Positions 10,148 to 23,538 of a stretch of 64,000 bases of DNA are shown here, in pieces. The notes beneath the pieces were generated by a model, which saw nothing but the letters and a program-made list of their open reading frames with translations, was not told the origin of the DNA and searched no databases. The translations under genes were made by a program, and so were the position numbers. Origin of the DNA: Octopus bimaculoides (lineage: Eukaryota); the NCBI RefSeq assembly GCF_001194135.2, contig NC_068982.1, positions 36,719,899 through 36,783,898 of the forward strand, in the 5' to 3' direction. Numbering within the stretch: position 1 is the first letter of the stretch; each line of letters starts with the position of its first letter.

Positions 10148-11814
10148 CTTGGTAGGTTGTAGAATAAACAAATGTGTAAATAAATAAAAGTGGGCAGCTC
10201 ATTTATCAAATACCAGATGGGTTCCATATGAGTGAAGCTATTAGAATTCTCATGTTCTCATATTTATCAAATTAATCCTTCAACATAATTGAAAAATATA
10301 TCAAGTCTTCTCGTATGGATTGTGAAATTGACTGAACCACTAAGCAATTACTCTACAAACGGTACTTCGAAGTGGAAGTTTACAATAATTAATTTGCATG
10401 ATGGTGAGAATAAAATCAAATTATTTTGGAAAATATTTCTATAATATTATACAAATTTCTTAAATTTATATTATAGACATACATGCAAGAAAGAACGTTA
10501 ACAAATTAGTTTACGTGAGCGAAGGCTTTCAATTACACTAACTTTCGCGTCTTGAACTGCGTGACGATTATTTAAATAATAGGGATGCCCATAAAAAAAT
10601 AAAAAATTTTAAACAACTTTATAATGTATCGATATATAAGATATAGTATGCAGAGCAGGCATGGACCTTTTTCGAGAAGTAGGCCACATGAGGTCACATA
10701 ATTAAAAATAAATTGAAGGTAGTTTTTCGTTTGATATGCTATTTAGAAAGTCCCAAGGACCACAGCATTTGTTTTCTGGTCAGTTTGAAAGCCATTGAAC
10801 TAGTGTCGAGATGAATAGGAGGCTGAAGGAGATACACAAAATGATAACACATCCCTATAAGGTACCCTGAAATGCGAATGGAAAATATAATAGAAGACAG
10901 TTTTTTTTCCATGTGAATATATCTTTATGAATACTTGCCGTAAGTTATCTATGTCAACTAAACTGTCTTTGACCGAAGTTATAAAAAGTTATGCTAATAC
11001 ATTATTTCGGAGAGGCAATCAGAGATTCTATTCATAGTGGCTTGGTATGCTACAGATAGCAGCAATATTTTTATTAAATCACAACCAATTGTTACATTCA
11101 TCCATGGGTTCAAACGAAAGTGTTGCATAATGGAGCTTCCATGAAACTCTCGTTTCTCTTATGTCTCGCTTCAAGACGGGTCCAACTGTCAAGTCCAAGC
11201 GCCCCCTATACTTTTTCTCTACTGGAAAGCTGCATAGGTAGCTAACAATGGTGTTTGTTCACCCCTGCTTCCAAGTTCTTGTCGACGCAATACCAATACT
11301 TTAAAAAAGGACACGTTGAATAAAGTAGTTTTGGGTACATTATACTGAAAACAAAGAGAGAAAAAAGCAGTTGAGGGGATAGAACGATCACTGCAGAAAA
11401 GCTTTTGACTGTATGTCCACGTTATCAAAGCTAACCCTGGGCTATACAACAACGTAATTGATGTCATAAAGAGATGAAACTGTAAGAACGACCGTGCGAA
11501 CCACAAAAGGAGAAATGGTGATGAATGGGAAAACAGGGCTCCTTTCTTAAACGCGTCACACGGTCGAACACAAAATATATCAAATGATATATATATGTTA
11601 TACTTCGATAACATTGAGAACTAAGAAATGCCAGTAAGATACAAGATAGGACACAACCGATAAAGATGAATAACAGTAAGATTTATTGTAGCATTAAATT
11701 GTATGTCTGTGTGTGAGTGAATGCGACATAATGAAACACAATAAAAGACAGGCCGTCATGTAAAGAAAAAGTGTGTGTAAGTAATACATGTATGTGGGTA
11801 CGAGAGATACACAG

Positions 11815-12490
11815 TATTGAATATGAGTCAGTAACACGTATAAGGATTTAAGGTACCAGTTCTTAGAGTACAGTGGTAAGTGTCTGTATAAGAAGTTAAG
11901 GCGTGTGGGGCAGAGCGATCACTAGTTGTGATGTTAGGGCTTCCATGCCAAGCCGGGTTTTTGAGTACAGATGTTCTTTGCAGGCTGGGCTCTTGGCTGT
12001 TATTTCGTGGCGAAGGTGAATCGCACAAACAGGATCGAAGAGAGAAGTTCTGCGGTAGTTTGGTTAGCTGTTGGTAGCTTGTGTACGTGTAGAGTCATGT
12101 TGACGCTGGCGGGGACGATGCTGGTAGTCGTAGTGTCGTGTTGCTTCTGGCGACGTCGGGGCCGATGCTTGTAGTTCGTAGTTGTACGATGGTGTTGATG
12201 TCGTCGCTGGAAACTGGCTGGCTGTGTTACGCGTGTGTGGTCAACGCCAGCCAGATCTAGGATCTGAGGCGCGACCAATTTGCTGGGTATAATCTAGGCT
12301 ATTTATAGGAAAAAAAGGGGCTCCAGGAAAGCATTAGAAAAACACTATCACGTGACCTTATTAAGGGCTGTGGTTGGTCGATTTGCGTTCTGGCGGGAAC
12401 GGTACGAGGCAGTTGCCGCTTCAAATAATAATCAGTCAGGTGATGACAGGGAAAGAGATGTTTTCTACTACGCTCGCGTGTTTCAATATT
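11815..12490 (-). mobile_element. GC-rich LTR-like repeat
   Basis: Sharp compositional shift; TATA-like CCTATAAATA on the minus strand near 12300; short TATTGAA/TTCAATA inverted ends. Confidence 0.35.
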
Positions 12491-12676
12491 TATAGTGAGA
12501 GAAGATGGTTTGTTTGTATATAATGGCGATAGAAGTGTTCACTACAAAACTGTTGTACGTTTACTATGTCTTCATTTATATTCTAACGAACACGAAGCTA
12601 GTAGTATGAACCAAGATAGCAATGAGAAAAATGGTCCATACAAAATTTGATCTCACTACCACCACATTTGAAAATA

Positions 12677-12778
12677 CAGTAACCCCTCGACTATCGCGGG
12701 TATTACGTTTCAAAACACCCCGCCATAGGTGAAAATCCGCGAAGTAGAAACAGTACTATACTTTGTGTGTGTATTATG

Positions 12779-12828
<50 letters not shown>

Positions 12829-12951
12829 ATTATTTTTATAGTTTGTGTATATTTATTTTATTATAAATGCAAAACAACACCACGGAAGAATCGACGCAAG
12901 CTTAAATAATAAACGCCGATAGGTGAATTGCGATATGGCGAAGGATTACTG
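12677..12951. mobile_element. Tc1/mariner-pogo-type MITE with an internal (TA)n(GA)n tract
   Basis: TA-CAGTAACCCCTCGACTATCGCG ... GCGATATGGCGAAGGATTACTG-TA: terminal inverted repeats plus TA target duplication. Confidence 0.8.
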
Positions 12952-13207
12952 TAGTTTCAAAAACCTTGAATTACCCCAGGCTCTACTTAATAACATAGAA
13001 TCTGTTCTATGACCACATGACCATCAAATATCGGCTGCTAAATGACTTGCAATAAAACAGAGTCGTAATATCCATAGTACACTGAACAGTCATGTTAAAT
13101 ATACGTATGAGACGTGGATGTAATATTCATAAAACCATGAAAGTTGTCGGAAACAGATCAGTCAACGAAGTTGCTAAGACAATTGTAAATTTTTATACTT
13201 ATTTTAC

Positions 13208-13310
13208 CTTCTCGTCGTATTGTTTCCATTACTATGAATTTCAAGAGTAATGTTTGTGGTAGTGGTGATATACAAAGTAGGGGAGTGCAAAAACTTTTAG
13301 TTTTAAGTAT
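13208..13310 (-). CDS. Candidate exon containing ATG 13229 (METIRRE, phase-1 donor)
   Basis: Acceptor TTCGTTTTTTAG| and donor GAAG|GTAAAA; open frame throughout. Confidence 0.35.
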
Positions 13311-14616
13311 CTAAAAAACGAAAGAACGAACGTAGCAAAAATCATCATTAAGTGGAAACTCGGCAATGAAATGAAACTGAACTCTGAAATAGTCATGCCA
13401 GTTAACAGATGCTTCTGTATTGACATCGATCTGCGACATAACCACAGATTGTTTGCACTGAGTTGCAGGAAAGAAAAGGATGCTCGTTGCACATAAGTAA
13501 ATTAAACTATACAAGATCTTCATACAAGCATATATATTTATATCTACAATTTGAAGATTGCCTAGGTAAATTTAACTGTCTGTTTTCTTAATGGCATATC
13601 AATTTTGGAGAATTCTGGATTCTTGAAATTATTTCCCTTCCTTATTTGGAGTTCATCCAATTGCTACCAAGTGATTGTTCTATCTTTTCCGAGAGTGAAG
13701 ATAATTTCAATAAATCGAGAATTTATCCTGTATCATATTTAATATGCCCTTATTGATCATCAGGTAAATGCACGCTACTGGCCACGCTGAGAGATTTCTC
13801 TGCTCGCTTCCATTTCATACTCGTACACACTATTTGATGACGTATTCTTGGCGTAAGTGTAGGTTGTTTTGGGGAAAGCTAATGTTACTATATTTAGATT
13901 TTAATGAATACTGAGAACAAAATATCACTCGTTCATTTTTTGACAACTGAAGAGTGGAGGCCAAAAGAGACTGAAAGAATAAACCGCGCCCAAGAAATGA
14001 TTGACACAATTATAACGAGGTGCGGTTTCGACATCTTAAAAAGTATTTGACAGAACGCTAACACAAGAGGAGGTAGTATGTGCTAAGCTGTTAACAAAAC
14101 AAAATCAGCAACAATGAAATAAAATATTACATATATGTTCATAAATATTTATTTCCTAATAATAGGGTTATCAAGGGTAAATCTATTTGTTAAAGAATGT
14201 CTAATAGTTTCTCACCACACACCAAATATGTATCAATGTTCATCTGTCTTGACTGCCACTGCTTGTGCAACGTGTAGTCAGACACAAAGTTTTTTTTTTC
14301 TGTAAGTCTGCAAGTTGTTCGAAATAGCTTTAAGTCGTGAAAGTTAACACAAATCAGTGAACCTCTCGACACTATATCATGATCCGTGTAACAGTGTGAA
14401 TAACTGAAAGGTTTGTGGCGCGAATTCGAACCCTAACCGCGAGATACTCGGTCAGACACCACAGTTTAATGCGATCGGTCTTTAAATCGATCAACCAGCA
14501 TAAGGTTGTGTGGTGTAATATGATTTTCTCGAATGTGCTAAAGTTTGACTTCTTGACCCTATAAAAACAGTTTTGGCGCTGAATCAATCGCAGAATCTTG
14601 AAGGTGGCTGACTCAC

Positions 14617-14719
14617 GCGTCTCTAATCTTGTTATGCAAACTGCCAACGGATCGCTGACACCACAGATCGTCACGAAGATTTGCTCAGATGACTTCGTGT
14701 ATTTTTGGACTGACCGCAT
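14617..14719 (-). CDS. Candidate first exon (MRSVQKYTKSSEQIFVTICGVSDPLAVCITRLET, phase 1); may instead be 5'UTR
   Basis: Strong donor CGC|GTGAGT, CpG-rich context, adjacent TGACGTCA. Confidence 0.4.
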
Positions 14720-14726
14720 GACGTCA
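14719..14726. promoter_or_regulatory. Palindromic CRE/ATF site TGACGTCA
   Basis: Exact consensus overlapping the candidate ATG in a CpG-rich region. Confidence 0.4.
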
Positions 14727-16789
14727 CACAGATAGATTTCTATATTTTCAAAGCAGTTTTCCTCTCCTCTCAGTCAGCAATTATTAATATTGTTCGTTGT
14801 AATTAGCCATTTCCAAATATGTCCGGCAATAAATATCAAGTTAATTGTTCGCTAGTTAGTATCCATTATTATTCACGCAGCCAACAATGACATCTACACG
14901 TACGCTACAACAATGTTAATAAAGCCATCCACTTCGACAATGGCAACGCTTACTTTTGAAATATGTTTTCCTTGACCAGCTCAACACAAGCGACAGCAAC
15001 CCTTCGCGACAAGATATTTCAGTTTAGCGAAGAATGATCTGATGTCAATAGACGTTTGCTCTAATATTAATATCTTTTCCATCAGAGCCTTCTGCAAGGT
15101 TAATATATTAACTACATATGTTCAATTATATGATATAAAATGCCGAAGATTTATAGGTATGTTATGGCATGCATCATTAACATCATTAACCTTAGTAAAA
15201 TGCAATAGCTTCAAATGGAAATCAAAATCAGATTGTAGACGCTGGCGAAAATTTATGATAATGCAGGGCAACCATTTTAGGGTAAAGGAACATTTATAAA
15301 TCAGCCTCTTTTGCTGATGCATCATCTCCATTTGCTTCCATGAAACGTTTACTGGAGACTTAAGGATTTAACATGACTGTTTTGTCGAGATCACAAGTTG
15401 TCGGCAAGATGTCAGATATTACATCTAGTTACAATATATTGTCCCTAATTGTATTTAAATTCTTATAAGTTGAAGAAAAACTGCAGAGTACGAAATGAGC
15501 TCTTTCTTGTTATGACTAAATTAATACTCCACGACTCACAGAATATTAATTGCAAACATCTAGTGATTATGGCATAGCCGATGGCCAAAGGGGCTTTTCT
15601 CTCAATTTTTATTCTTTTCCTCGATAAATTTCATTTGCTAAGTCATAACTCACATTGTGTAGATTGTATGTCATTATCTATTTGCTTGGTGAATAAGAAT
15701 CTGAGATATTTTTCTGAAGTCTAAATATATCGAAAAACTCTTGAAATAACCAAGAAACTATTTGTAATAGAAGTATATTCGAAATAACCATCCTTCTTTT
15801 AGTTCTAGACAATAGATTTCCTTGCATGACTACAAATCCTGTTGCTTTTGGTTTAGGCAAAGGTGTTTTTGTTTTGTTCATACTTATGTTTGTTTTATTC
15901 ATACTTATATATAATTGTATGTTTGTAAGTTGATCGTCTGAAAGTTTTCATTTTGAACTCCTAGAAGTGATTACTATAACACGCATCTCTCTCTCTCTCT
16001 CTCTCTCGCTTTCACTAAACCGCTTATTCATAACTCGTGCGAAGTTTACCTGCCACATATTATTAAAGTTGCTTCAAGATGCTATTCGATTTTTTGTTGA
16101 AACAAAATGTTTTACTATATCTTTCTTTAATTTGTTTCCAACCCGGAAGTTTACTTCTAAACACTACACAAAATTCACACAGCGACAAGTTTGTAAAGTT
16201 GTCATTCATTTACAGCAAGTGGACATATTATAAATGAGGGTGTTTTTAATTCGAAGTTAGTTAAATTACATGGAATGGATTATGTAGGGATAGAGGTTAA
16301 GAGAAAGAGAGAGGGTCAGCTGGAGAGAATGAGAGACTGATGGAGAGAGAAAGAAAAACTGAATAGAGAGATATAGTAGATAAATTTACTTGAATTAACA
16401 CCCAGAGAATTACATATAATTTCAGAATGTCAGAAAGTGTAATAATATATGGAAGGAGAGAAAACAAGATTACAAATTTAGATAAAGCTGAAGCGCAAAC
16501 TATAGAAAATGAATTATAAGTAAATGCATGGAGAGAAAGACAGGATGAGAAAAGAACTGTAAATGATAGAAAATGGGAGGGATAATATGGTGACGAAAAG
16601 AGAAAAAAAAACGACAAAGGGAGACAGAAAGTGAATGTGTAGTTGTGTGTGAGAGAAAAACAAATAGAAAGAAAGTAGTTTTATGTTAGAAAACATGCAC
16701 AATATATGTATGAGTGAGAAGGTGGATGCGAGAACGTTTAAATGATTGAATGTTGTGAGAATAAGTCACATGACTGTAAAGGCGCCATC

Positions 16790-16808
16790 ATGAAAGTAAC
16801 AGTGAAAG
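16790..16808 (+). CDS. Candidate first coding exon or uORF of a plus-strand gene (MKVTVK, phase 1)
   Basis: GGCGCCATC-ATG context, donor AAG|GTAAGA, upstream GA-rich leader at 16300-16740. Confidence 0.45.
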
Positions 16809-17679
16809 GTAAGAAACCTGTATGATTTACACCTGTCATTTGAAAACGTTAACTCTTGACTTCTCTATGAAAAAATGCCGCTTTCTTGTTAGTGTGTATG
16901 GTTTTAACATGAAATAGTTTTCTTTATTGAGTTTTGAATGTTTTATCGTCACTTAATTGTCATTTAATAACATAAATATTAGCACGTGTTTTGTTTATCG
17001 CTTCTTAGATGAAAGTCACTATGGTGGTTACAACGGGGACCAATATATATAAATATAGTCGCATTTAAAATCAATATTTTACACTGTGGCCATTATGTTG
17101 TTGTCGATTGTCTGATAATCATATCAACCAGTTTTAATTACTTTATATATAAGAATATTATTTTTACTGCACATCAGTACATAATGTTTTTCTCCGCCAC
17201 CTCCGGAATATTTTCTTTATTTGTAAATTATCAGTCACATTCATTAATTTCAAATTTTTAAATTATTTTTTATTTTTTATAAATCTTCAATTATTTGGTA
17301 GTATGTTGAAATTTCTTTACTACAAAATGTTAAAAAGTTTTTGTTTTTTCATTTTTGTAACATTTCTTAACTTCTCGATCATAAATGTTATCACTCCTTT
17401 ATTTGGTGGGGAAAAATTAATTTTGATTACTATGATTTTTAAGCACTAAATTTAATTGGACACTGTGGCTGCAGTTCATTATATAAATGTTTATCACTTA
17501 AATAGTTTCATTTTCTGTATTCACCCACATTAACCATCCATTTTATAACTGTTAGTAACTATTTAAATTTTTTTTTTCAAAAAAAAAAAAAAAGAACCAA
17601 CTCAGAAAACATCTGTCAGATAGTGTGCTTATTAACAATGGTTGAGAGAAAATACCTCGGAAACTTTATTCATATCAAA

Positions 17680-18350
17680 TCTAAATACGGCATAATCCCA
17701 CATGTTCGTTACAAACGTTTTTGTCATCTGAATTTTTTATTAGTGGGTAAAACCTCATTTAGGTACGTCTAAACATTTAAGCAATCAAGGGAGATAACTA
17801 CAATAAGATCAGTCGATTGAAATTCTTGGACAATATAAATAGTGCAAATTGGAGTGGATCTGGTATTTAAAGTCAACTGGTGAAAGCCATGGACACATTC
17901 TGGTTTTAGGCCTTTTCAGCAAACATTTCACTTGGCAAGAAATAGACGAATTATAGTGACCCTTTGCAGAACATTCTCTTGATGTATTTTTCTCAGTCTT
18001 ACTGTTGATATTACCCGTGTCACTATATTCCTTTTATTTCTTTAAATAATGATCACTCTTAGTAATACTAATAGAGCAGAATGTTTTTGAATACAATTGA
18101 TAATACAGAAACCTGTCAATTGCTTTCGCCGGTTTACTTTAGAGACTGGATCCACTCCAATTTATATTGTTTATATTGTCCCCAAAATTTCTGTTAACCG
18201 TTTGTATTGGAGTAATTTCTTGTTTTTACATTTTGAAAGTTCTCAGAGAAAGTTTTACCCACAAATTGCTTGAATAATCTCAGTTGATCAAATTTTCAAC
18301 TCGCTAGATGTGAAAATCCTTTATTACATATGTAAAATGCTTATGCTGTA
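17680..18350. mobile_element. Old, diverged foldback/MITE with long inverted arms
   Basis: 17828-17888 (GGACAATATAAAT..AAATTGGAGTGGATC..GAAAGC) mirrors 18121-18183; GTGGGTAAAAC at ~17743 is mirrored at ~18253-18263. Confidence 0.55.
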
Positions 18351-20769
18351 CTTAAGCACACACAAGAATTTTTTTTCATCAGTTGCAAATGACAGTTGTC
18401 AAATTTCCTTTTTACATGTTGATACTTCTTGAGGAATATGTAGATGTTAATATTTTGTGAGAAACTTGCTTTTGTCAACAAGGGTGTGTGTCTTTTGTAA
18501 TGTTTAGTAGTTAAGTTTGGCATAATCTACATAGATTTCTTTCCTCAAATTTAACATCTTTCATATCAAAGAAACAACTGTTAACTCTAATCACAATAGA
18601 TAACAATGGAAAATTCTCATCTTTTATCGAGTTTCGGTACAAATTCTTGAAAATGTTTGGAAAAAGAAACTTTATTTGAAAGATCTGATACTTTTCTCTC
18701 TAGTCTTTATGAAATTGAAATGCAAATTTATTCCCCACACTTAAGTGAACTTATCCAATGTAGAATGGTGGTTTCAAAGTTCCATTTAACAAACACCTGT
18801 AGCAGATTTGAACGTACAGCAGAAACCGGTTTCCTTGCGTTAACTCTATCCAAGGATTACAGACTTGTTATACGTTTTCTCACCAGACTTGTGTTCTATT
18901 TTATAGTTTTGATTTAAGCAAATATGAATTACGAAAAAGGGTACAAAAATGTCAGTATCTATGTCTTTAGGTGGGATGGATGAGCTTGAATAACAAAGAC
19001 GAGTTAAGTGATGTGCACGTACACAACGCATTCATACGTTCATTGATATTTTTATCTTGCTTGTTTTCTACTTTTTGGACGTTATTTTCTCGTAAAAGTA
19101 TTTTAATTTTTGTTTTTGCTTAACATTTGTTCTATCTGGTAATTTCTTATAGTTTTTTTTTTTCCAAACAAGACTAAATTTAGTCGGGCCTTTCCTTCGT
19201 TCTCAAATTTCTGCTTATCATCTTACTATTTCTGTAGTTTTGTTGAATTTAAACATCGCTTACTTTTTTTTTCCTTGGGTGTTGTTTGTAGCCGAAAAAA
19301 AAAGTACTTGAAGTATGAAAGACTGTTATAAACAATGTTGGAAATCTTAATTTGTATCCTTACGAATTCGGTAGCTTCAATAAATATTGGTGTCTAATTA
19401 TACAACCCCGCATGAGTAATATTTGTTTTACAAATGCCAGATGCGTAGATTGACATGTAAACTCTCGGTTTCGATTTTTGATCGAAGCTAATTTACATTC
19501 GCTGTTAACATTTTTCAGCTAGGCATTATAGTCATGCAATCAAATCACAGTCCCCATAAACGTTAAATCCTTGTCCCAAATCGTTGTTGGTTAAAAAAAA
19601 AAAAATTTAAAACATTCACTATTATTTACAATTGTATTTACTAGCATTTTTAATGTGTAACCGAAATGAGATGTATTGTTATATGTGCAGCTTGTTAACT
19701 ATCCAAAATTTTTTAATAGATTTGGCTGTTTTATGTGTTTTTAGGGAAAGTACAAACTTTTAACTGTGACATTGAGTAACGATATGGAAGCAGACGATGT
19801 GATGGAAATTGGGGAAGGTGCTAGACATCGTTTTTATGTCGTGGTGACAAGCGTCAGAACACCTGGTTAGATATGCATTAGGAGTATTTAGTTTCCGAGT
19901 TTTAATCCAACCAGTATCATTAAATTGTAACTTGGTTATATTTTTATAGAGCAAGTGCTGTTTGCATGAAATCTTGTTTAATATTCAGCTATATATATGA
20001 AATCTAAAATCCACTCATAATATTTTATAACTTGTTGATCTTAAAATACGTTTGATATAATATAGCAAGTTACATATTTTAATTGATAAGGTAACTATTA
20101 TTCTGTATCTTTCAATCAAAAGTATTTTTTATTTTCATCTTTGTTTTCATTTTTCGTGTATCATTTGAAACGTTAACAAGGAAAATTGGAAAAATCTTAA
20201 TTATAAAATGCACTTTATATTTGCAAAGCTTCTATGTCAATCCGAATTTCTATACTTCACAACGTTAATTAATTTTTTTTTCTTTTAATTATAATTTTTT
20301 TTTTAAATTCAAGCAAGAAATGAAAATTTTCTTGTTGAATTTAGATGTAATTTGTATTTATACATGCATTCCAAGTTACACATCTATAGGTAGATGTATT
20401 TTCGTGGCAAAAGTTTTGGCAATTATTAAATGTTGGTTTTGGGGATTGTTCTGGCATTGTGTTCCTGTCGAGAACTTTGTAATATCTAGTTGCAGCTTCC
20501 CAAACAAGGTCAAGGTGTTAATTTTTTTTATGTAAAATCATCAGTCACTGTAACAAACAAACATGACGAACTCACGGCAACGCGTTATATTCAATTATTC
20601 TCTCGTTCTTTCTCTTCCCTAAAAGAAAAAAAAGAAAAAAACTTTTTCATAAAATTTCTGTAAGAGGGTATGAAAATTTTGATTCGGAAAAAAATTGTAT
20701 CCGACATAGTGATCTGAGCAAATACATTCAATTAAAAATGTAATATTTTTTTTTCTAATGTCGTAAATA

Positions 20770-20984
20770 ACACATACATACACACACACACGTACATACA
20801 TACGTACATGTGTGTGTATACACACACACACACACACATGTATATCTGTACCCTTATTTAATGTTAGTCTGTATTCAGTTTCCATTGCAATAGATGGCAT
20901 ATGTTAATTGTAGTTGTCAACTTGCATTACTTATCTAGTAATCTATTACAAACTTGAGTTTACCAAATAAGTATGTGTGTGTAC

Positions 20985-21016
<32 letters not shown>

Positions 21017-21033
21017 ATACACACGTGTGTGTG

Positions 21034-21083
<50 letters not shown>

Positions 21084-21095
21084 TATATATGTAGC
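20770..21095. repeat. (CA)/(GT)/(TA) microsatellite cluster
   Basis: Seen directly. Confidence 0.9.
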
Positions 21096-21818
21096 AGTGT
21101 ATTTTAGCTTGAAAACATTCCCTATTTGTAGTCCACTAAACCCTGCACTTTGTCTTGGTTGGTTTCAATATACGAGATGTTGTTCGTTACCGATGCAACT
21201 TAGTTAATTAGATATTGATTTGTTTTGTGTAAAAGATGAGTGCTTCGATCTAAATTAGGTTAAGAAAAAAAATTAGAAATGCCCTTAAAATATATTTTCA
21301 ACAATTTGATTTATATATATAAAAAATTAAATTAAAACGAAAAATGATCTCAGTGCAAATGCTGGATTATTTGTTAGCTAATAATTTGATAATTTTATAG
21401 TTTAAACAGTTTTTGAATGCAACATGATAAAATATTTAGTTCGCATGACAGTATACTGTTAAAGCTATTTGTTTCTTATAAGTTCAATCGAATTGCCTAT
21501 TATTTTGTTTCCTACGTTCTGCTACTGCCGTCTGACTGTTTTCAATCGAATTTTCTACTTGATCTACGTCTTTCTTTTTCTTTTTTTTGTGATCATTTTT
21601 ATTCTTAAATTTTATTTTGCACATAATGACAACTTTTGATTGTAGACGTAAACAGCAGGTGGTGGTGGTGGTGGTGTATATTATGTGTACAAACACGCAC
21701 ACCGAGGTATCTCTCTCTCTCATATATACACACACATATATATACATACATATATATACACACACATACATACATATATATATATATACACACACACACA
21801 CATATACATATGTGTGTG

Positions 21819-21942
21819 TGTGACAATTAGTTGGCTGTCATAATAAAACACAGTATGGGATCCGGGGCTGAAGTCTGCTGCAGACTTCATCCCCAGTATC
21901 CGAAACTTTGAGTTTTATTATGACAACCAACTAATTGTCACA
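21819..21942. repeat. Near-perfect 124-bp palindrome, probably the inverted end of a Penelope-like repeat
   Basis: TGTGACAATTAGTTGG..CATAATAAAAC / GTTTTATTATGAC..CTAATTGTCACA outer arms; inner GGGG.TGAAGTCTG / CAGACTTCATCCCC. Confidence 0.75.
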
Positions 21943-22759
21943 TATTATATTTATAAATTCCTCTATTTTACATAATATCGAGGTCTCATTCATTCTTTTG
22001 TTGTCATATTATTATTTATATATATAAAGCTACATATATAAGCTTACTATGTAGATATATAATATACAGATGTGTGTGTACAGTAGTGTGCATAATTTTA
22101 TTATTTTACATTTTTATGTCATTAGACCATGCTGGAGTACTGTTATAAAGGGTTTAATTCGATATCAGTATTTATTTTTAACCGAGTACTTACTCTTGTT
22201 CTTTTAATGCTAAAACCACTAAGTTACAGGGATGTAAACATGCGCATGTAAACACCATACATACACAGACATATTTGTATATTCGTTCATTCGGTTTTTA
22301 CGAACTTTTTCCGTGCTTGCTTGGGTTAGATAAATATATTATTGAGACATATATTTACATCCAAATGGACTTCCTGAAGCTATTCTTAGCTGCTTTTCAA
22401 CTCAGAGTCCTCTGTCTTTTCACATCTTTTGAGAGTGCAAGGCCAGCAGAAAATTTGTTAATATCACCCCTAGTAGTTCGTGGTTTTCGGAGCAGCGAAC
22501 ATGTAAACAAGGATACTCACACACGATGCTTCAAGTTTTTTTTAACCGGGTACACTAGCGTTGTGTAGGGGTTTATCATAGAAGACATTTTGCCCAAGGG
22601 AACAAAGTGAATTTCGTTACTACACACACACATATAGAGCATGGCTCGAGGAACACACACACACAGAGCATGACTTGAGTCACACACCCATACCTACACC
22701 TATTGGTGTGTGTTTATGTATATCGATCTATATGGACTTGTGTACCTTTTCGCCTCTCT

Positions 22760-22883
22760 AGAATCTGTATGTATGTATGTATGTATGTATGTATGTGTGT
22801 ATGTATATATATAGATATAGATATAGATAGATGTGTGTATATATATATGTTTTCTATATATAATGTGGATGTGTATGTATATA

Positions 22884-22927
<44 letters not shown>

Positions 22928-23070
22928 TGTATGTGCTTTCTATATATGTGTATGTATGTATGTATGTATGTATGTATATGTGTGTGTGTATATATATATA
23001 GATGTATGTATTTTCTATATATAATGTGGATGTGTGTGTATGTAAGTATAGATACATACATATTTAAAGA
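22760..23070. repeat. Compound micro/minisatellite with a recurring TTTTCTATATATAATGTGGATGTGT unit
   Basis: The unit appears at ~22850 and ~23010 among (TATG)n, (TA)n and (TG)n tracts. Confidence 0.8.
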
Positions 23071-23538
23071 TATGTAAATACATGTGTGGGGGGAGGTTAA
23101 GAATTTTGCTTGTCAACCACCTGTATTTGGATTCAGTCCCACTTTGTTGACGTTGATAAATTGTCTTTATGAGTGGATTTAATAGATAGAAACTGAAAGA
23201 AACCCATTATTTATACATTTGTGTGTGGGTATGTAAGTGTATGTGGGTGTGTATATTTGTCTCCTTGCTCTGACATTGTGTGATTGCTGTAAATGGATGT
23301 CATTCATTTCCATTCTGTAAAAACGTCTCTTTATAGGGAAATTTTGCTTTGTATGGAAACAAATAAGCATTGGTGACAGAAGGGGCATCTGACTGTAGAA
23401 AAATTTGTTTCAATAAACTCCATCTGATTCATGCAAGCATGAGAAAGTAGATGGTGTGTGTGTGTATATATATATATGTATATATATTGTGTATATATAT
23501 GTATTTATATATTGTGTGTGTGTATATATATATCGTAT

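Noticed and set aside
11219-11614. 131-aa ORF or possible CR1 remnant on the opposite strand
   Set aside because: No diagnostic motif could be reconstructed in any frame.
18657-18917. 86-aa plus-strand ORF
   Set aside because: It starts at TTG, has no splice support and no recognisable domain.
22455-22572. CCCCTAG...TAGGGG possible Helitron end or hairpin
   Set aside because: Only 6-7 bp of complementarity and no supporting element body.
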